DNA of 64,000 nt. It comes from Octopus vulgaris. Its lineage: Eukaryota. Under the pieces are notes generated by a model. That model saw only the letters and a list, made by a program, of their open reading frames with translations. It had not been told where the DNA came from and did not search any database. The stretch is from NCBI GenBank assembly GCA_951406725.2, contig OX597832.1:64852001-64916000 (forward strand), in the 5' to 3' direction. Each line of letters begins with the position of its first letter. Position 1 is the first letter of the stretch. A program made the translations under genes and the position numbers. Below, one piece after another: positions 38,961 through 52,575 of this stretch.

Positions 38961-39929
38961 ACAACATTAGAAAATAAATTACCTCCAACGAATACAGTAT
39001 TTATTTTACTTCATCAAATAAGCGACGCGATTCGTTATATTACTTAGTTATTTATTTTATTCAAAGGATAATATATTCACAGCCAAATCTGTTCGCTAAA
39101 AATTGGGTATAAATTCTATTTGAACTTTTGATTAGATTCTGAAATGTGTGAAACCAGGAATCCTACGTGATCGATTTTTTTCCTTCCTCTCCTTGACAGA
39201 AGTGCGAACGCAACTTCATTTCGTCTTCCACAAACATAGCAAAAAAAAAAAGCCAACAACTACAGAAAACAAAAAATCGTACTCAAATACAAGAACAGCG
39301 AAAAAAACAAAGAAGATAATAAAAGTAAAAGAAGAACAAAAATTAGTTCATCTTTAAAAATGGCGAAATATGGCGTTGTATTGTATCATTGGTTAGAAAA
39401 ACAAAATGAAGGCTTTTTTGCCAATGTTGCTGTCATGGCGAGCTCAAGGCAATCGTATCGTCTGCTTTTGTTTGCTCTTTTTCATCTGGATTTTAAGTTT
39501 AGATATTTTTTGTATCTTCTTGGTTTTTTTAATTTTATTTCCAGTATTGGACTTAAGCTGGCTGGTTATTTGTTGAACTGACAGTAGATCGTTCGATTCG
39601 GAGCGTGGCGGTGTGGGGAATAAATTCATCTGCTTGAAGGAGATTTTCTATATAGAATTAGGCCTCTATTATCTACTAATACAGTGATTATTCGATCAAC
39701 ATTGATCCGTTAAGTAATTTGTTTACATTACTATATTCTTCAGAATATATACCCTACGTATATCTACACACACAAGCACACATACACGTTTCGTTAAAAT
39801 CTCATAGAATCCGATGGAAATAACAACATCCCTCCCAATTGATTGTTTAAGGAATTCTTTGCGATTTGGCGTATTTACAATGTTAAGTTGAAAGCTAATA
39901 ACATTATACACACATAACCATAGACACAA

Positions 39930-40024
39930 ACACACACACACACGTACGCACATTATATGTAGACATGTAGATACATACATAGACATCTATAAATATGAAT
40001 GTGCGTGTAAGTATATACACGCAC

Positions 40025-40081
<57 letters not shown>

Positions 40082-40219
40082 TACACACGTATGTATACAT
40101 GTAGGTATATACACACGCACGCACGTATACGTGTAGCTATATATATATACACACACACGTATGCATATAGGTATACACACACACACACACACGGATACAT
40201 AGGTGGGTATATATATATT

Positions 40220-40282
<63 letters not shown>

Positions 40283-40440
40283 GTATACATATAGGTATAA
40301 ACGCATAGATAAATATACACAGGTACATATAGATATACATACATACAAATATACATACATACAACACATTCATACAGCTATGCACACGCACATAAATGTA
40401 CACACGCACACACACACACAAATATACACACGCTCACACG
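39930..40440. repeat. Compound TA/CA/GA microsatellite field
   Basis: Direct reading. Confidence 0.9.
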
Positions 40441-41036
40441 TCTACAGTACAGCAGTGATAAAAGAGGATTTCTATTTTTTATTCCGCCAGCCAATACACA
40501 ATAATGATTATTATGGTTTTTGTTGTTGTTGTCTTTATAAAATCGTGACATAGGTGAGACGAAAATGAGGAAAATACAAGAGATAATATCTGACATAAAT
40601 AGGACAACGAACAACAACAACAGCAAGCAGCACCACATCAACAAGTATCTCTCTCAAAAGTCAAGAGTCCACAAAATATTCTGTAAGTTCCCACCTCGCT
40701 GTTACCCACCATCCCCAAGACAGCCACAAGAATATAAAGACACAATGGAAGTAACATTAATGTTCCACTAATTTGTCTCGTCTCCTCATGATGATGGGTG
40801 TTACCAGAACATCTTAATAAAAGAAGAACACTATTAGAAGCTTGCCTATTCTATCTATATCTTCTGTCGGTGTTGAAATTATGCTGAGGGAGATGGATAG
40901 GGTGGCGGCGGTTTAGACGGGAGGGAGGAGATGGCGAGACGGGGCGGGGGAGGGGTAGAGAGCGAAAGTGATGGAAAAACAGGCGTATTTTATACAGCAA
41001 AAGCATTCAGGCTCTAGCCCCCCTTACACAATACGC

Positions 41037-41113
<77 letters not shown>

Positions 41114-42046
41114 TGTGTGTGTGTGTATGTGTGTGTATCTATCCGTTTCTCTCTCTTTTTCACACGCAAAATATCGTATTCAAAATATATATTCCATATA
41201 TACTTCCATGCAATAGCATCGCAAAATTATTGTAATCTAGCGATAAATAAAGAAAAAGAAAGACAGAAAGGAAGAAAGAGAACCATCTAGACCTGCATGT
41301 ATCTAAATTACAGAGTTTCGGCTTCTGACTTCCTTGATATTGAGTCATGTTTAATGACGAAACCAGAATTGGTGTTGAGAGTATAAAATATCCCTATTGA
41401 TTTCGGATATATTCATCTCTAGATATATATTTTTCCGACATTATTTTCTAATTATTCACTACTCTCGAACCGAACTTCCTCAGCTAACGCAACCAAATAT
41501 ATACTTGAGGCTTACGTTTTAAAGATTATTTAGAATTCGTGTGAATTTAACGTGATCGGCAACTTTGTCGTGTATTGAATTTTAAATATTCATGAGCTGC
41601 TTTATAACCGCCATTGCAGCACTCCTGTTTTATTTCAGTTACGGTTATATACGATAGTAGACAAATGTGTGTAACAAAATGGAGGAACCCTATCAATAGC
41701 AAAGAATCATGTCAAATGTTTTTTAGAAGTTCTGCAGTGAAGACTGAGTTGTTTTATATACATTGAACACCTGAACTTCTACATGGAAGCGATGCGTTCT
41801 GTCATTGCTGCCGCTCTATGATTCTTGTTTTTCTGCTAATGAATAATCTATAGAGACGAAACCTGACATATCTGTAAAAGACAGGATGCTCTCACCTGGA
41901 ATACTTGATATTTAACCCAAGGTCGCTCTCATAGGATCGACCAGGTGTTGACTATCTAAACAGTACTAACCAAAGAAAGAGCCTCTATGTAGTTGTTCGC
42001 CTGGCTGAATATAGCAGCTAAATCTCTTTCAATTTAAACTATCAAA

Positions 42047-42250
42047 TTCTGGCAGAAGGCCCGTAAGTTTGGGAGAAGGGTAAGATGATTACATCGACCT
42101 CAGTATTCGACTGGTACATATTTTATTGACTCTGAAAGGGATAAATGGCAAAGTCGACCTCGGCAGAATTTGAACTCGAAACAAAGATGGACGAAATACC
42201 GCTGAGCATTTTGCCCGGCGTACTAACGTTTCTGTCAACTCGCCGCCTTT
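42047..42250 (-). mobile_element. SINE family B copy
   Basis: GGCAAAGTCGACCTCGGCAGAATTTGAACTC...CTCGCCGCCTT. Confidence 0.88.
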
Positions 42251-43444
42251 CACTGTTCAACATATTAATAATAGGCATAGTATCTAGGCACAATATACAG
42301 GATGGTTGTGTTTGGAATGGTTTCATCCATAGGTATAATCGATTAGAATTGCCTGGGGGCTAAACGTCAACACATGTATATTTTGGTAGAACCGACAGGG
42401 AAGCTTCCGTGTGGCATCTTGCCCTGCGAGAAATAGTGCCAAAACCTTCTTTATATCATCTTAGAAAAAGCAAAAACAGAAAACTTTGGATTATATAGTC
42501 TTGTGTACGAAATATCTTAAAAGATGAGACGAATTGATTTGAGCACGGCTGGGAGTGTCTCGTTGAACATAGGTCTACAAATCCAGGATGACTTAAGGCT
42601 AAATATTAATTATATATTCCACTCTAAAGTATCACCATATTCGGTTGTTCTGAAATTCAACAGCTGAGCTCTTCATAATTCTGCGGAACCTCATTAAATT
42701 CCATATTTCTTTCGGCATGGAATAAGTCGCGGAAGAATTTATTTTCGAGTTCCTTACTGTGAAGTTGTGACGTATCTTAATGTAAAAGTTGCATACACAC
42801 ATACAAAGTATATATTCAGATACATGTACACATTCTTATGAACAACTGTGCGAGCGACACATATACATACGCATTAATATATAGTTCGTAAGTACAGAGG
42901 TTCTGTGATAAACAATAAGTATATTTTACACTTACACATTTAAACTTGTTTTTCATACATATATGCATTTATATATATATATATATATCACACGCTTACG
43001 CAGACTCATACAACAACTATATCACATATACACTCTTATGTACAAATGTGCATATTTATGCACATGCGTACTTCACACATATATGCATCTTTATATAATT
43101 CGCGCCTTACCACCTTCACAGCCACAAAAAACCTTTTCGTTCAGTGAATTGCTTTAAGCGAGAAATTTCGAATCGAAAGCACTTTATACTTTCACTTTGC
43201 AGGAATGGAGAGGAATCTGCAGATTTGGAAGAAACGAATCGAAACGTCCAACTGTAATATACACTACAACATTGTCGAGAGAGGTTTAAGTGAAATCTAG
43301 AAACGAAACGAAATAAATGTTGTACCTTGCTTAAAGGATTATCTGTGAATTAATGCAAGATCATGTAAAGTAGTTCTTTTTGTGTTTTTGTCTTTAAAAT
43401 GTTTTTTTTCATTCAATTCTGTAGTATGTAGCTTTTATCCTCAG

Positions 43445-43780
43445 TAACAATCACTGGATTGCGGCCATTATAGGACATGGCAGTGAAAGGCTTTTACTAA
43501 TCTGGTTATTAAGTCTGGAAATTATTCTATCAGCCATTTTTTTTTCAGAGCCGCTAAGTTGCGTGGATGCAAACAAAGCAACACTTGTTGTCAAGCCTTG
43601 TGGTGGACAAATAAAAACACAAAGACATACACAGATAGACGTAGAAACACAATGACCTTTCACACAGTTTCTATCTACCAAATTCACTCAAAAAGCATTG
43701 ATTATAGAAGAAGAAAGTGCGCCCCAAAGTGCCACAAATGGCTGCAAGGTGAGCTTTCTAAATTCACAGCTATCGTGGCG
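43445..43780 (-). mobile_element. SINE family A copy, diverged
   Basis: CCGCTAAGTT...CAGTTTCTATCTACCAAATTCACTCA...CCCAAAGTGCCAC. Confidence 0.7.
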
Positions 43781-44032
43781 CCTATAAATATCTTATGAAA
43801 ACAAAATGAAAGATGAAGCTGAAGAAACGCAGTGGAAAATGGAGGCAAAGATTGGGGAGTTGATGAATGACCACTTGTATATAATTTGGTACTCGTAAAA
43901 AATGCCAAACAGGTCACTTCTGAGATGTGTTTGTAACCACTGCCCTTAAGTGATCTTAAAAAGTCCGTACAGCATTAGACGAAATTAATATGTTATATTG
44001 ATTGCTATTTACAATATAGCCACCAATGGCAA

Positions 44033-44395
44033 TCATGGTCGAGCTTGCTCGGTCATGTTTAATCCGCACACGGTCCTGCATTAGTTGAGGGGGGTCTTCG
44101 GGGATGCATCTAGTGTCTCTACTGAGATGATCTCAATGCGTTGTAATCGGACGACCGCACGAGGACGGCCATGCCTTGGCATCCATAACTGTAGGTCAGT
44201 TTCCAGATTTTGTTTAGCTTGCCAGCAATGTCTCCCAAAGAGCAAACACATTCCCCTTATACTGGTGGAAAGAGGCAGGAGATTTCCATACAACTGTTTC
44301 TTAGTGGGATGAGTTCTCCAAGATATGTTTCAGACTGTTCTTAACATTCGCATGTAATTTCCTACGTTAATAAATGTTTCTAATGAAGGTGCAAA
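44033..44395 (-). mobile_element. 5'-truncated RTE-clade LINE, C-terminal end of the RT ORF
   Basis: Minus strand reads GNYMRMLRTV*NISWRTHPTKKQLYGNLLPLSTSIRG...FGRHCWQAKQNLETDLQLWMPRHGRP, matching the typical RTE pattern RMLR..LNISW..H.T...LYG.LP...RL.FAGHC.R.....LLW.P..G. Confidence 0.8.
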
Positions 44396-44618
44396 ACCAT
44401 TAGTTTCAGGGGAAACAGGGTGACGATATCTTCGATCCCTATATTTCACTGGACAGTGGTATTACTAAATCTTATCCTTAGTTTCGAGCACCGTTTTGTA
44501 TTTCTGATATTTCCGAGTGGTCACACTCTAAAATATTAATTTTACATATCTAATTAAATGAAATTCAGGTACCTGTACATCATTATAAATGATACAAGTT
44601 TATTAATTCTGTACAACA

Positions 44619-45167
44619 AAGGCGACGAGCTGGCAGAATCGTTAGCACGTCGGGTAAAATGCTTAGCGGCATTTTGTACGTTGCCAACCTTCTAAGTTCA
44701 AGGTCCGTCGAGGTCGACTTCGCCTTTCATCCTTCTAGGCTTGATAAAATAACGTATTAAACGAGCACTGGGGCTGATGTAATCGACCAGATCTTTCCTC
44801 CAAAATTTCAGGTGTCGGGGGCTATAGTAGAACGGATTCATACTGTAACCATTCAAGGTACCAGTACACAATTTTAGCGGCGGCTTGGCTGTTTATAAGG
44901 TTTCAGACCATCAGCGTCCCGAAAGTTGTACCTTCATTAATAATTAAAATACATATAAAGGCGGCGAGTAAACGGAATTGTCGGCACGCCGAACAATGTT
45001 TCACAGCGTTTTGTCCGCCTTTATGTTCTGAGTTCAAATTCCACAGAGGTCAATTTTGACTTTCATCCTCTCAGGGTCGATAAAATTAGTACCAGTTGAG
45101 CGCTAGGGCCGATTCAATTGACTTCTTCCTCCAAAATTGCTGGCCTTGTGCCAAAATTTGAAACCAA
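44619..45167 (+). mobile_element. Two SINE family B copies (44619-44835, 44958-45167)
   Basis: AAGGCG.CGAG starts; GAGGTC.A.TT.G.CTTTCATCC internally. Confidence 0.88.
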
Positions 45168-45642
45168 TAATTAGAATACAAGCATAGTCACACACACACA
45201 TCAAACAATAAAACAAAGCATTGCAGTTTCGATTCCGCTTTTGCAGTTTCTGGAATGCAAAGAAGCGTCTGAAAAATGCGAGGCAGTGAATTTCCTCGAG
45301 TTAGATTCACATTTTCATTTGTAGACAATAAAACAACAAAAGAGGAAAAAACGATCTTGCCCGGAAGACTTACAACATACTCTATGGTGCTCAATATTAA
45401 TTAAACGAAAGTTATAATATGCATGTAAAAATTTGATAATGGTGTAATTAGCAATGAATCGTGATTGGATAGCATCAGTTCTTCATGCTGATGGCTCATG
45501 TCTTGGAGATGAAAATTTACAGTTCCCAGAATTTATTTGTAAACCAAGATAAAGTATAGATTGAGAATTTTTCGTGTGTATATATATATATATAGTAAGG
45601 CAATAAGGTGTGTGCGTGTGTGTATCAATATCCGGAAAGTCG

Positions 45643-45720
<78 letters not shown>

Positions 45721-45994
45721 AACACGTACTCATGTATATACAAACACATTTACAGACATACGTACAAAGGCGTACACATGCATATTAACAGACAATAAAC
45801 AAATAAAAGTATTGTCTGTGTTAATTTAAAGGTCAAGCCACGTGACAGATTGTGTCACGCTGACACTAAAAGAGAATTAAGTTGTAAGTACATTTGTTCA
45901 ATCGTCTGTGGAATTTTCCCGCTAGTAACATGCTAAGTCGATGAACAGGTAATTCAGTGAAATATTTTACTCACTACCACAAATTTGTGTGTCC

Positions 45995-46420
45995 GTTGCT
46001 TGACCTTAATCAGTTGAGCATGTCCCTTAATGGCTACCGATATGTGCCTCGCTGATCACGATCAGAAGTAGTGGTGGTGGTGGTGCGGGGGGCGGGGGCA
46101 TCATGGTCATGTGTTGAGAGAAATTCTTTGGGGTTTGAATAATTCACTTTTGGAAACATGGTTATTTCATTCAACATTTTAAAATAATTTTTGAGTGGGA
46201 TGGGCTACTCGACCTGAAGAAAATTGTAATTGGGCCCACTTGCAAGGTCATGCGCTATTTATCTTGATAAGAGATCCCCATTCCGCGCACTTATGATTGT
46301 GATGCATGGGCCTGGTGTACCCTTCCCAGATGGGTAGTCATGATTGTTATACTGAACTTCGTATATTTGTACCCCAGTGTCACGTTGATGGCATGCACCG
46401 ATCCCTCAATAATAACAACA
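45995..46420 (+). repeat. Probable interspersed repeat (LINE 3' UTR-like) ending in an AAT/AAC tail
   Basis: Non-coding, moderately GC-rich block ending CTCAATAATAACAACAAC; resembles a common octopus repeat from memory; single copy here. Confidence 0.4.
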
Positions 46421-46612
46421 ACAATGCTGAACCAATATTGCAAGTGCTGGTTCTACTGCTATTACAACAACCAGCACGCTAGTCGTAGTTGCTGTGGAAC
46501 CAGCACATCCATAGATGCGGAAACTGTGGAAAACTCCATAAGTATCGCAGTGAAAGATTTGTTGTAAAATCGAAATCATCCAAGCTTTATATATGATGTA
46601 TATAAGGCATAG

Positions 46613-46830
46613 ACATCAGACATGAAATATTTGGAAATGTTTGTGCATTATATAATATAGATAGATATAAAAATGAAAGAAGACTCTACTCGCTAAGTAT
46701 AATAGAAGATTAACCAATAGGATTATATGAGAACGTCAAACCACAGCAATATTTTAACATGATTACGTATGTACAATTCAAAATACTAGATAATCCTATC
46801 ACTAACATGGATAGCTTCAAAATGGACGTT
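46613..46830 (+). repeat. Direct repeat, copy 1 (partner 48734-48944)
   Basis: Shared blocks ACATCAGACATGAAATATTT, AATAGAAGATTAA, ACAGCAATATTTTAAC, TGTACAATTCAAAATAC.AGATAATCCTAT.ACTAACATG, AAAATGGACGTT. Confidence 0.9.
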
Positions 46831-47154
46831 AACTACTACATCGATCATATATCTTCGTATATTATTTGTCTCCCATGAATGATCTTGGCTCTCTGAGCTG
46901 ATCAAGATTTTGACGTTGCTTTTCCTTGAAGATAAAAACATACGGTCAGTGATCTATTCCTCTGTATGAATTCTGTTATTGCTGTTGTTGTTGTTTACGT
47001 CTATGACTGCAATGACTCAGCAAATCTATGAAGAAAATAATCCCAAAATGACTATTCCTACTCATTTTGTCTAGGATTTAGGACCACATAATCCACTTTC
47101 CTTCTTTAAGACAGAGTGCGATTTACGCGAGATTTGTCTACTTTCAGGCATTAG

Positions 47155-47490
47155 ATTCCGGTCATCCTGGGGCACCGTTTTGAAGAGAATTACTCAAAGA
47201 AATCGATAATTAATTTTAAGTCCGGTACTCATTCTATCGATATGTTTTTGTTGAACCGCTATGTTACGAAGACGTAAGCAAATCAACACCGGTTGCAAAA
47301 TGTAAGAGAACAAACACAAACATGTACACAAATAGACAGGATTCCGCACAGTTTCTGGTCAACAAATTCCCCCATAAAGCCTGGGAGTATAGAACAAAAT
47401 ACTTGCACAAGGTACCACGGAGTGAAACTGAACCCGAAACTACGTGGTTGTAAATCAAGCTTCTTAAAAACACATCCACGCTTGCGCCTG
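47155..47490 (-). mobile_element. SINE family A copy, diverged
   Basis: GAACCGCTA.GTTAC...ACTTGCACAAGGTACCAC...ACTGAACCCGAAAC. Confidence 0.72.
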
Positions 47491-47596
47491 TGTTTGATAT
47501 TTCTAAACGATCAGATGACCGTTGTAGAGACTCAGTGTGATTATAAATGTAACGCATATTGTGGTTGTTATTGTCTCTTATGCCTGTATCTGAAGA

Positions 47597-47920
47597 GTCA
47601 AGTGGTTTAGTGGTTGGGACTTTCGGCTCAATACTGTAAGGTTTGTGAGTTCGATTCCCGACGACACATTCTGTCTTTGAGCAAGACACTTTATTTCACA
47701 TTACTCCAGTCCACTCAGCAGGTAAATGTGAGCTGTGCCTGTATTTCAAAGGGTCAGCCTAGTCACAGTCTGTGTCACGATGAATCTCCCTAACAACTAC
47801 CTTAAGAGTACGCGTGTCTGTGAAGTGCTCAGCTACTTGCACTTTAATTTCACGAGCAGGCTGTTTCATTGATCGGGTCAACTAGAACCTATATCGTCGT
47901 ATCGGGCGAAGAGCCAGTCT
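47597..47920 (+). mobile_element. SINE family C, long form
   Basis: GAGTTCGATTCCCG B box and TTGAGCAAGACACTT; colinear with 51248-51550. Confidence 0.85.
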
Positions 47921-48733
47921 ATCTCTCTATCCTGCCTGCACCAACAGGTTAGGTATAAGAATAAGCGACATCCTATTTGCGACTACGCATAGCCATCCAT
48001 TTTTATACACAGATAAGAGTACAATTTCAAAGAAGTCTTGGCCCTATATTTTACTGCGTATAGCAATGTCACAGAGAATAAGAAACGTTGGGTAAAATTA
48101 ATTGAAAAAGCAGCCATCAACTATTGGAAGCTAACTCAAACTACCTGAAACTTAACGTAATTCAAACCAATTGTAGAGTACAATCTCTGATTATGTTTGT
48201 AACCAGGATTATAACACAGTCTCTTATTATATTTTAATATGTCTTTAAACAATATTACTGCATAATTAGTGGGGAAGGTAATACTTATACCCCTTTACAG
48301 AACGCCCGTAACTCGTGGGAGGGAGAGAGGAAGATATTTTTAGACCGGAAGACAGGCTCAGATTATCGCAAGAGTGGACTCCATTTATGTACCCAAGTAT
48401 CTTATGCTAAGCCGGGTGTTGCATTAAGTTTAGTCACAGAGCAGACCATGGCAGGATTTGAATTCATGAACTAAAGAAGAGGAACAAATACACTCAGTCA
48501 GTCATTCGGTCTGTTCACTATCCCTAGACTGATACTTTATTTACCGACCCCAGAAGAATGAAAGGCAAAGGTGATCTGGATGGGCAGGAAGTGAACTTAA
48601 GACACATAAAATCGGATTTAAAACTGTTAGGTATTTTTGTCTAAAGCCCCAGTATTAAGATGTTCACAGTTATTTGCAACAAGCCACTATGAGATAATAT
48701 AACTATTCGTATACGTCAGTTATATGTACCGCA

Positions 48734-48944
48734 ACATCAGACATGAAATATTTAGAAATGTTCTTGGGTTGTATGATGTGCGCATAAAAACCACAGTAAC
48801 TATTTGCTAAGTACAATAGAAGATTAAGCAACAGGAACAATTCAGAACGACAAACTACAGCAATATTTTAACGTGATTATGCTTGTACAATTCAAAATAC
48901 AAGATAATCCTATAACTAACATGAAAAGATTTAAAATGGACGTT
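48734..48944 (+). repeat. Direct repeat, copy 2 (partner 46613-46830)
   Basis: Same shared blocks as copy 1. Confidence 0.9.
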
Positions 48945-50319
48945 TTGAACTATTATTTGCAACTAGCAATTATAATAAAACGGAAGTATTTATGTAGATC
49001 AGTTGGTAGGTGTCTTGTCTGTTGAATCCTGCTACTCCAATTAAATGCACGACAGCGGCATCTGCTGTTCATACCATAGAACAAGTTCGGTTCCTTTGTT
49101 TGTGTATTTATTCCTTAGTTGTAAAACACAAGACAAAATGTCTATGAGCGGTTTTCCTTCTCTTCATATTAACATTTAAAAGCAAATGAAGACGAAACAA
49201 ATCAAAATTGCATTCTAAATTTATTCATCACCTTATTTATTGTTTCATGTAGTTGTTTAAATGTTTGCTATTTTGATTAAAATCTATACACACACGTATA
49301 TTAATGAGCATTTGATGGTAACAAGCTAGCAGAATCGTTAGCACACATACATAAAACACACACGCATACATACACACACCAGCCTATTTCAGTTTCCATC
49401 TACAAAATCCACCCATGAAGCTTGTCCAAGGTGCCATGCAGTGGGAATGAACCAGGAACCATGTGATTGGAAGCAAACTTCTTATCACACAGCCACACAC
49501 ACGAAGCAGAGGAGACATTTCTTATAAAAATGTAACGTGGATCGAATCAGGCACGCTAGCCTGTCCCGTACCGCGATACGTTGATTGGTTTCATACTGCG
49601 TGAAATAGAGAAACGTAGTGTGGGACGGATCACTGGGCCCAGATTATCTCGCAGCATGTCGTGCTTTCCAGCACATTTAGAATCGATAAAATAACCTAAG
49701 TATAACCACTACACATGCTGGAAATAGCAGCGAAATCTCCGTCAAATAAAAGGTTAATAGTCTTATAAAATAAAGGAGCATTGCTGAAATTAGTCATAGA
49801 TATAGGTAAATAGTAAAACTTGGCTCTGATTGAATTGCTTTTGAATATAGGACTGATTCGGAGTTAAATAACATGAAAGAATAAATAGCAAGGAAAACGA
49901 AGAAATTCTAGAAGAGTTTAACTGACATAATCTGCTTTGACTTTTGGCACTTTTCCTGCAATTTTCTTCCGACAAGGTCGATGAATTAATATTATATTTA
50001 ACGCACATGTATCAACATTTTCTCTATTTATTTGCCCCGAACACCCCCAACTCACTACAGGACTTATGTTATTTCAGAACTAAATCTAGCGCATTAACAG
50101 ATTAAATGTTATTCAATTAATTGCTGGGATTTTGTCATCTGTTAAGTAACATATGCCAATTAAAGTAGAGGTTAATTACCGTTAATTATAATCTATCAGT
50201 AAACGAATATGAAGTGTATCACGTAAGAAACCAATTTTAAATGGAATTATTACTCATTCTACTACTAAATCAATGTCGATCGTTTGCAAAGAGGGAAAAT
50301 GACAAACGGTATATGATAA

Positions 50320-51225
50320 CAGGAATTTACATTCTGAGTTCAAGTTCTGACGCGATCAAATTTCATTAATGGGTCTAACTTAAAGTACTAGGCAAATAGT
50401 TAGGTTAATTTAATCGATTCCGTCCCCACAAATTTCAGGTTTCTGGGGGTACAAATTTAAAGAGCGGTAGACTAGCAGGATTGATAGAACATCGGATAAA
50501 AAGCCTTGAGGTATTTAATAACAGCTCAACCGAGGGACCATAACATAACATACCAGTTGAATACTGGTCCTTATTAAACCATCTCCTCTACCTAAATTTC
50601 ATGTCTTATACTGAAAAATTTAAAGAGCAGAAGTTTAACAGAATCACCAGATCGTCGGGGAAATATTCCACTGTATTATTTCCGGCTCTATATACGAAGT
50701 TCAAATACCATTATATCCTTTTTCATCACACGTGTATCGACAAAATGAAATACCAGTTATGTACCCGGATCGTTTGTATTGATAAATATCCACCCGCTGC
50801 CCAAAAGTGTTAGGCTCAGGGCCTAAATCTGAAATTATTATTAAAGCGGAGAAATGGTAAAAATGTTGGTTCAGAAAAAATTACTTGCAGTATATTTCGG
50901 GTTTTAACATTCTGAGGTTAACTTGGCTTTCCATAAAGTTGGGACCGATCAAATAAAGTGCTAAACAATTTAATGACCTTCTACCTAAATCATTATTATT
51001 ATTTGTAAAGGTAGGTGTGACTGGCAGAATCGTTAGCACAACGGACAAAATGCTCAGCGGCACTTCGTCTGTCTTTGCATTCTGAGTTCAATTTTTTCCG
51101 AGGTCAACTTTGCCTTTCATCCTTTCGGGGTCGATAAATTGATTACCTGTTATGCATTGGGGTTGATGAAATCGATTATCCCCCTCCCGCAAACTTTCAG
51201 GCCTCGCATCTATAGTAGAAAGGGT
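50320..51225 (+). mobile_element. Run of tandem SINE family B copies; decayed at 50320-50990, well preserved at 51012-51225
   Basis: Repeated TTCTGAG/GTTCAA motifs; the last copy has CTGGCAGAATCGTTAGCAC...GAGGTCAACTTTGCCTTTCATCCTTTCGGGGTCGATAAA. Confidence 0.75.
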
Positions 51226-51247
51226 TAATTGATAATTGGATTGCGAA

Positions 51248-51550
51248 GGCGGGTGGTTTGGTGGTTAGGGTATTCGACTCACGATCGGAAGGTCGTGAGT
51301 TCGATTCCCGGCGACATGTTGCGCCTTTGAGCCAGACACTTTACTTCACGTTGCTCCAGTCAACTCAGCTAGTAAAACTGAGTTGTACCTTTGTCACATT
51401 TTGTGTCAGGCTGAATCTCCCTAAGAACTGCGTGAGGGCTACACTTGTCTGCGGAGTACTCAGCCGCTCGCACGATAATCTCACAAGCAGACTGTTTTTG
51501 TTGATCGGATCAACTGGAACCCACGTCGTCGTAACCGACGGAGTTCCTGG
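51248..51550 (+). mobile_element. SINE family C, long form
   Basis: tRNA-like head GGTGGTTAGGGTATTCGACTCACGATC...GAGTTCGATTCCCGG; body colinear with 47597-47920. Confidence 0.88.
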
Positions 51551-51644
51551 TTATTGCACACTATTAATGCTACCACCACCACTACTACTACTGCTGCTGC
51601 TACTACTACTTCTACTACTACTGCTGCTACTACCACTACTGTTG

Positions 51645-51677
<33 letters not shown>

Positions 51678-51833
51678 ATACGGCACTTCGTGACAAATAT
51701 TCGTTCATCGCACAAAATGTGTTGTAGTATATAGTTACGATTCGTTACGGTGAGTATAGTCATTGGTTTTGTTGCTATCTTTAATATCGACATTATAATC
51801 AACGTTGACATCAGAAACATCATTATCACAAAT

Positions 51834-52008
51834 GCGGTCGTGTGGTAAGAAAACTGCTTCCCAACCACATCGTTCCGGGTTCAGTCCCACTGTGGGGCAG
51901 CTTGGGCAAGTGTCTACTATAGCACCGAGCCAACATAATTACTTATGAATGGATTTGGTAGGCAGAAACTGGAAGAAGCTCGTCGTATATATATATATAC
52001 ATACATAC

Positions 52009-52077
<69 letters not shown>

Positions 52078-52273
52078 CGTGTGTACCGGTGAAATCTACA
52101 AGTTCTTTTCATTCTTTCTGTGTTTATTTTCTCATTCCTTTCAGTTGAAGAGCGTAGGCTCGAAACGTAAAGAATTTTCTCACTTTCCCAAGCGTCAAAC
52201 TAATACACTTGCCTATTGTTCATACAGCTGTCTTCATCTTTTGTTTTTCTTTAAATTTCAACTAACTGTATAT

Positions 52274-52348
<75 letters not shown>

Positions 52349-52575
52349 ATTTCTGTGTGTGTGTGTGCGCGCGTTTGCACCCTCCTCCACACCGCTTTTC
52401 AACTGATGTTGGATTGTCTGTTCCTGTAACTTAGCGGTTCGGCAAAAATGAGACCGATTGTGTAAGTACCAGACACAAAAAGAAATAAGTACCAAGATCG
52501 ATTTGTTCGATTAAACCTTTCAAGGCGGTGCTCCAGCATGGCCGCAGTTAAAATGACTGAAACAAGTAAAAGAAA
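51834..52575 (+). mobile_element. SINE family A (head 51834-51985, tail 52376-52575) with an expanded internal SSR and a nested insert
   Basis: GTTCCGGGTTCAGTCCCACTG...CTTGGGCAAGTGTC head; GTAACTTAGCGGTTCGGCAAAA...GCTCCAGCATGGCCGCAG tail. Confidence 0.88.
52090..52270 (+). mobile_element. Penelope-like pseudo-LTR fragment with a degenerate hammerhead motif
   Basis: CAGTTGA-A-GAGC(GTAG)GCTC-GAAAC-GTA at 52142-52169: perfect 4-bp stem II and GAAAC-GT palindromic stem III, but the CUGANGA box is mutated. Confidence 0.5.
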
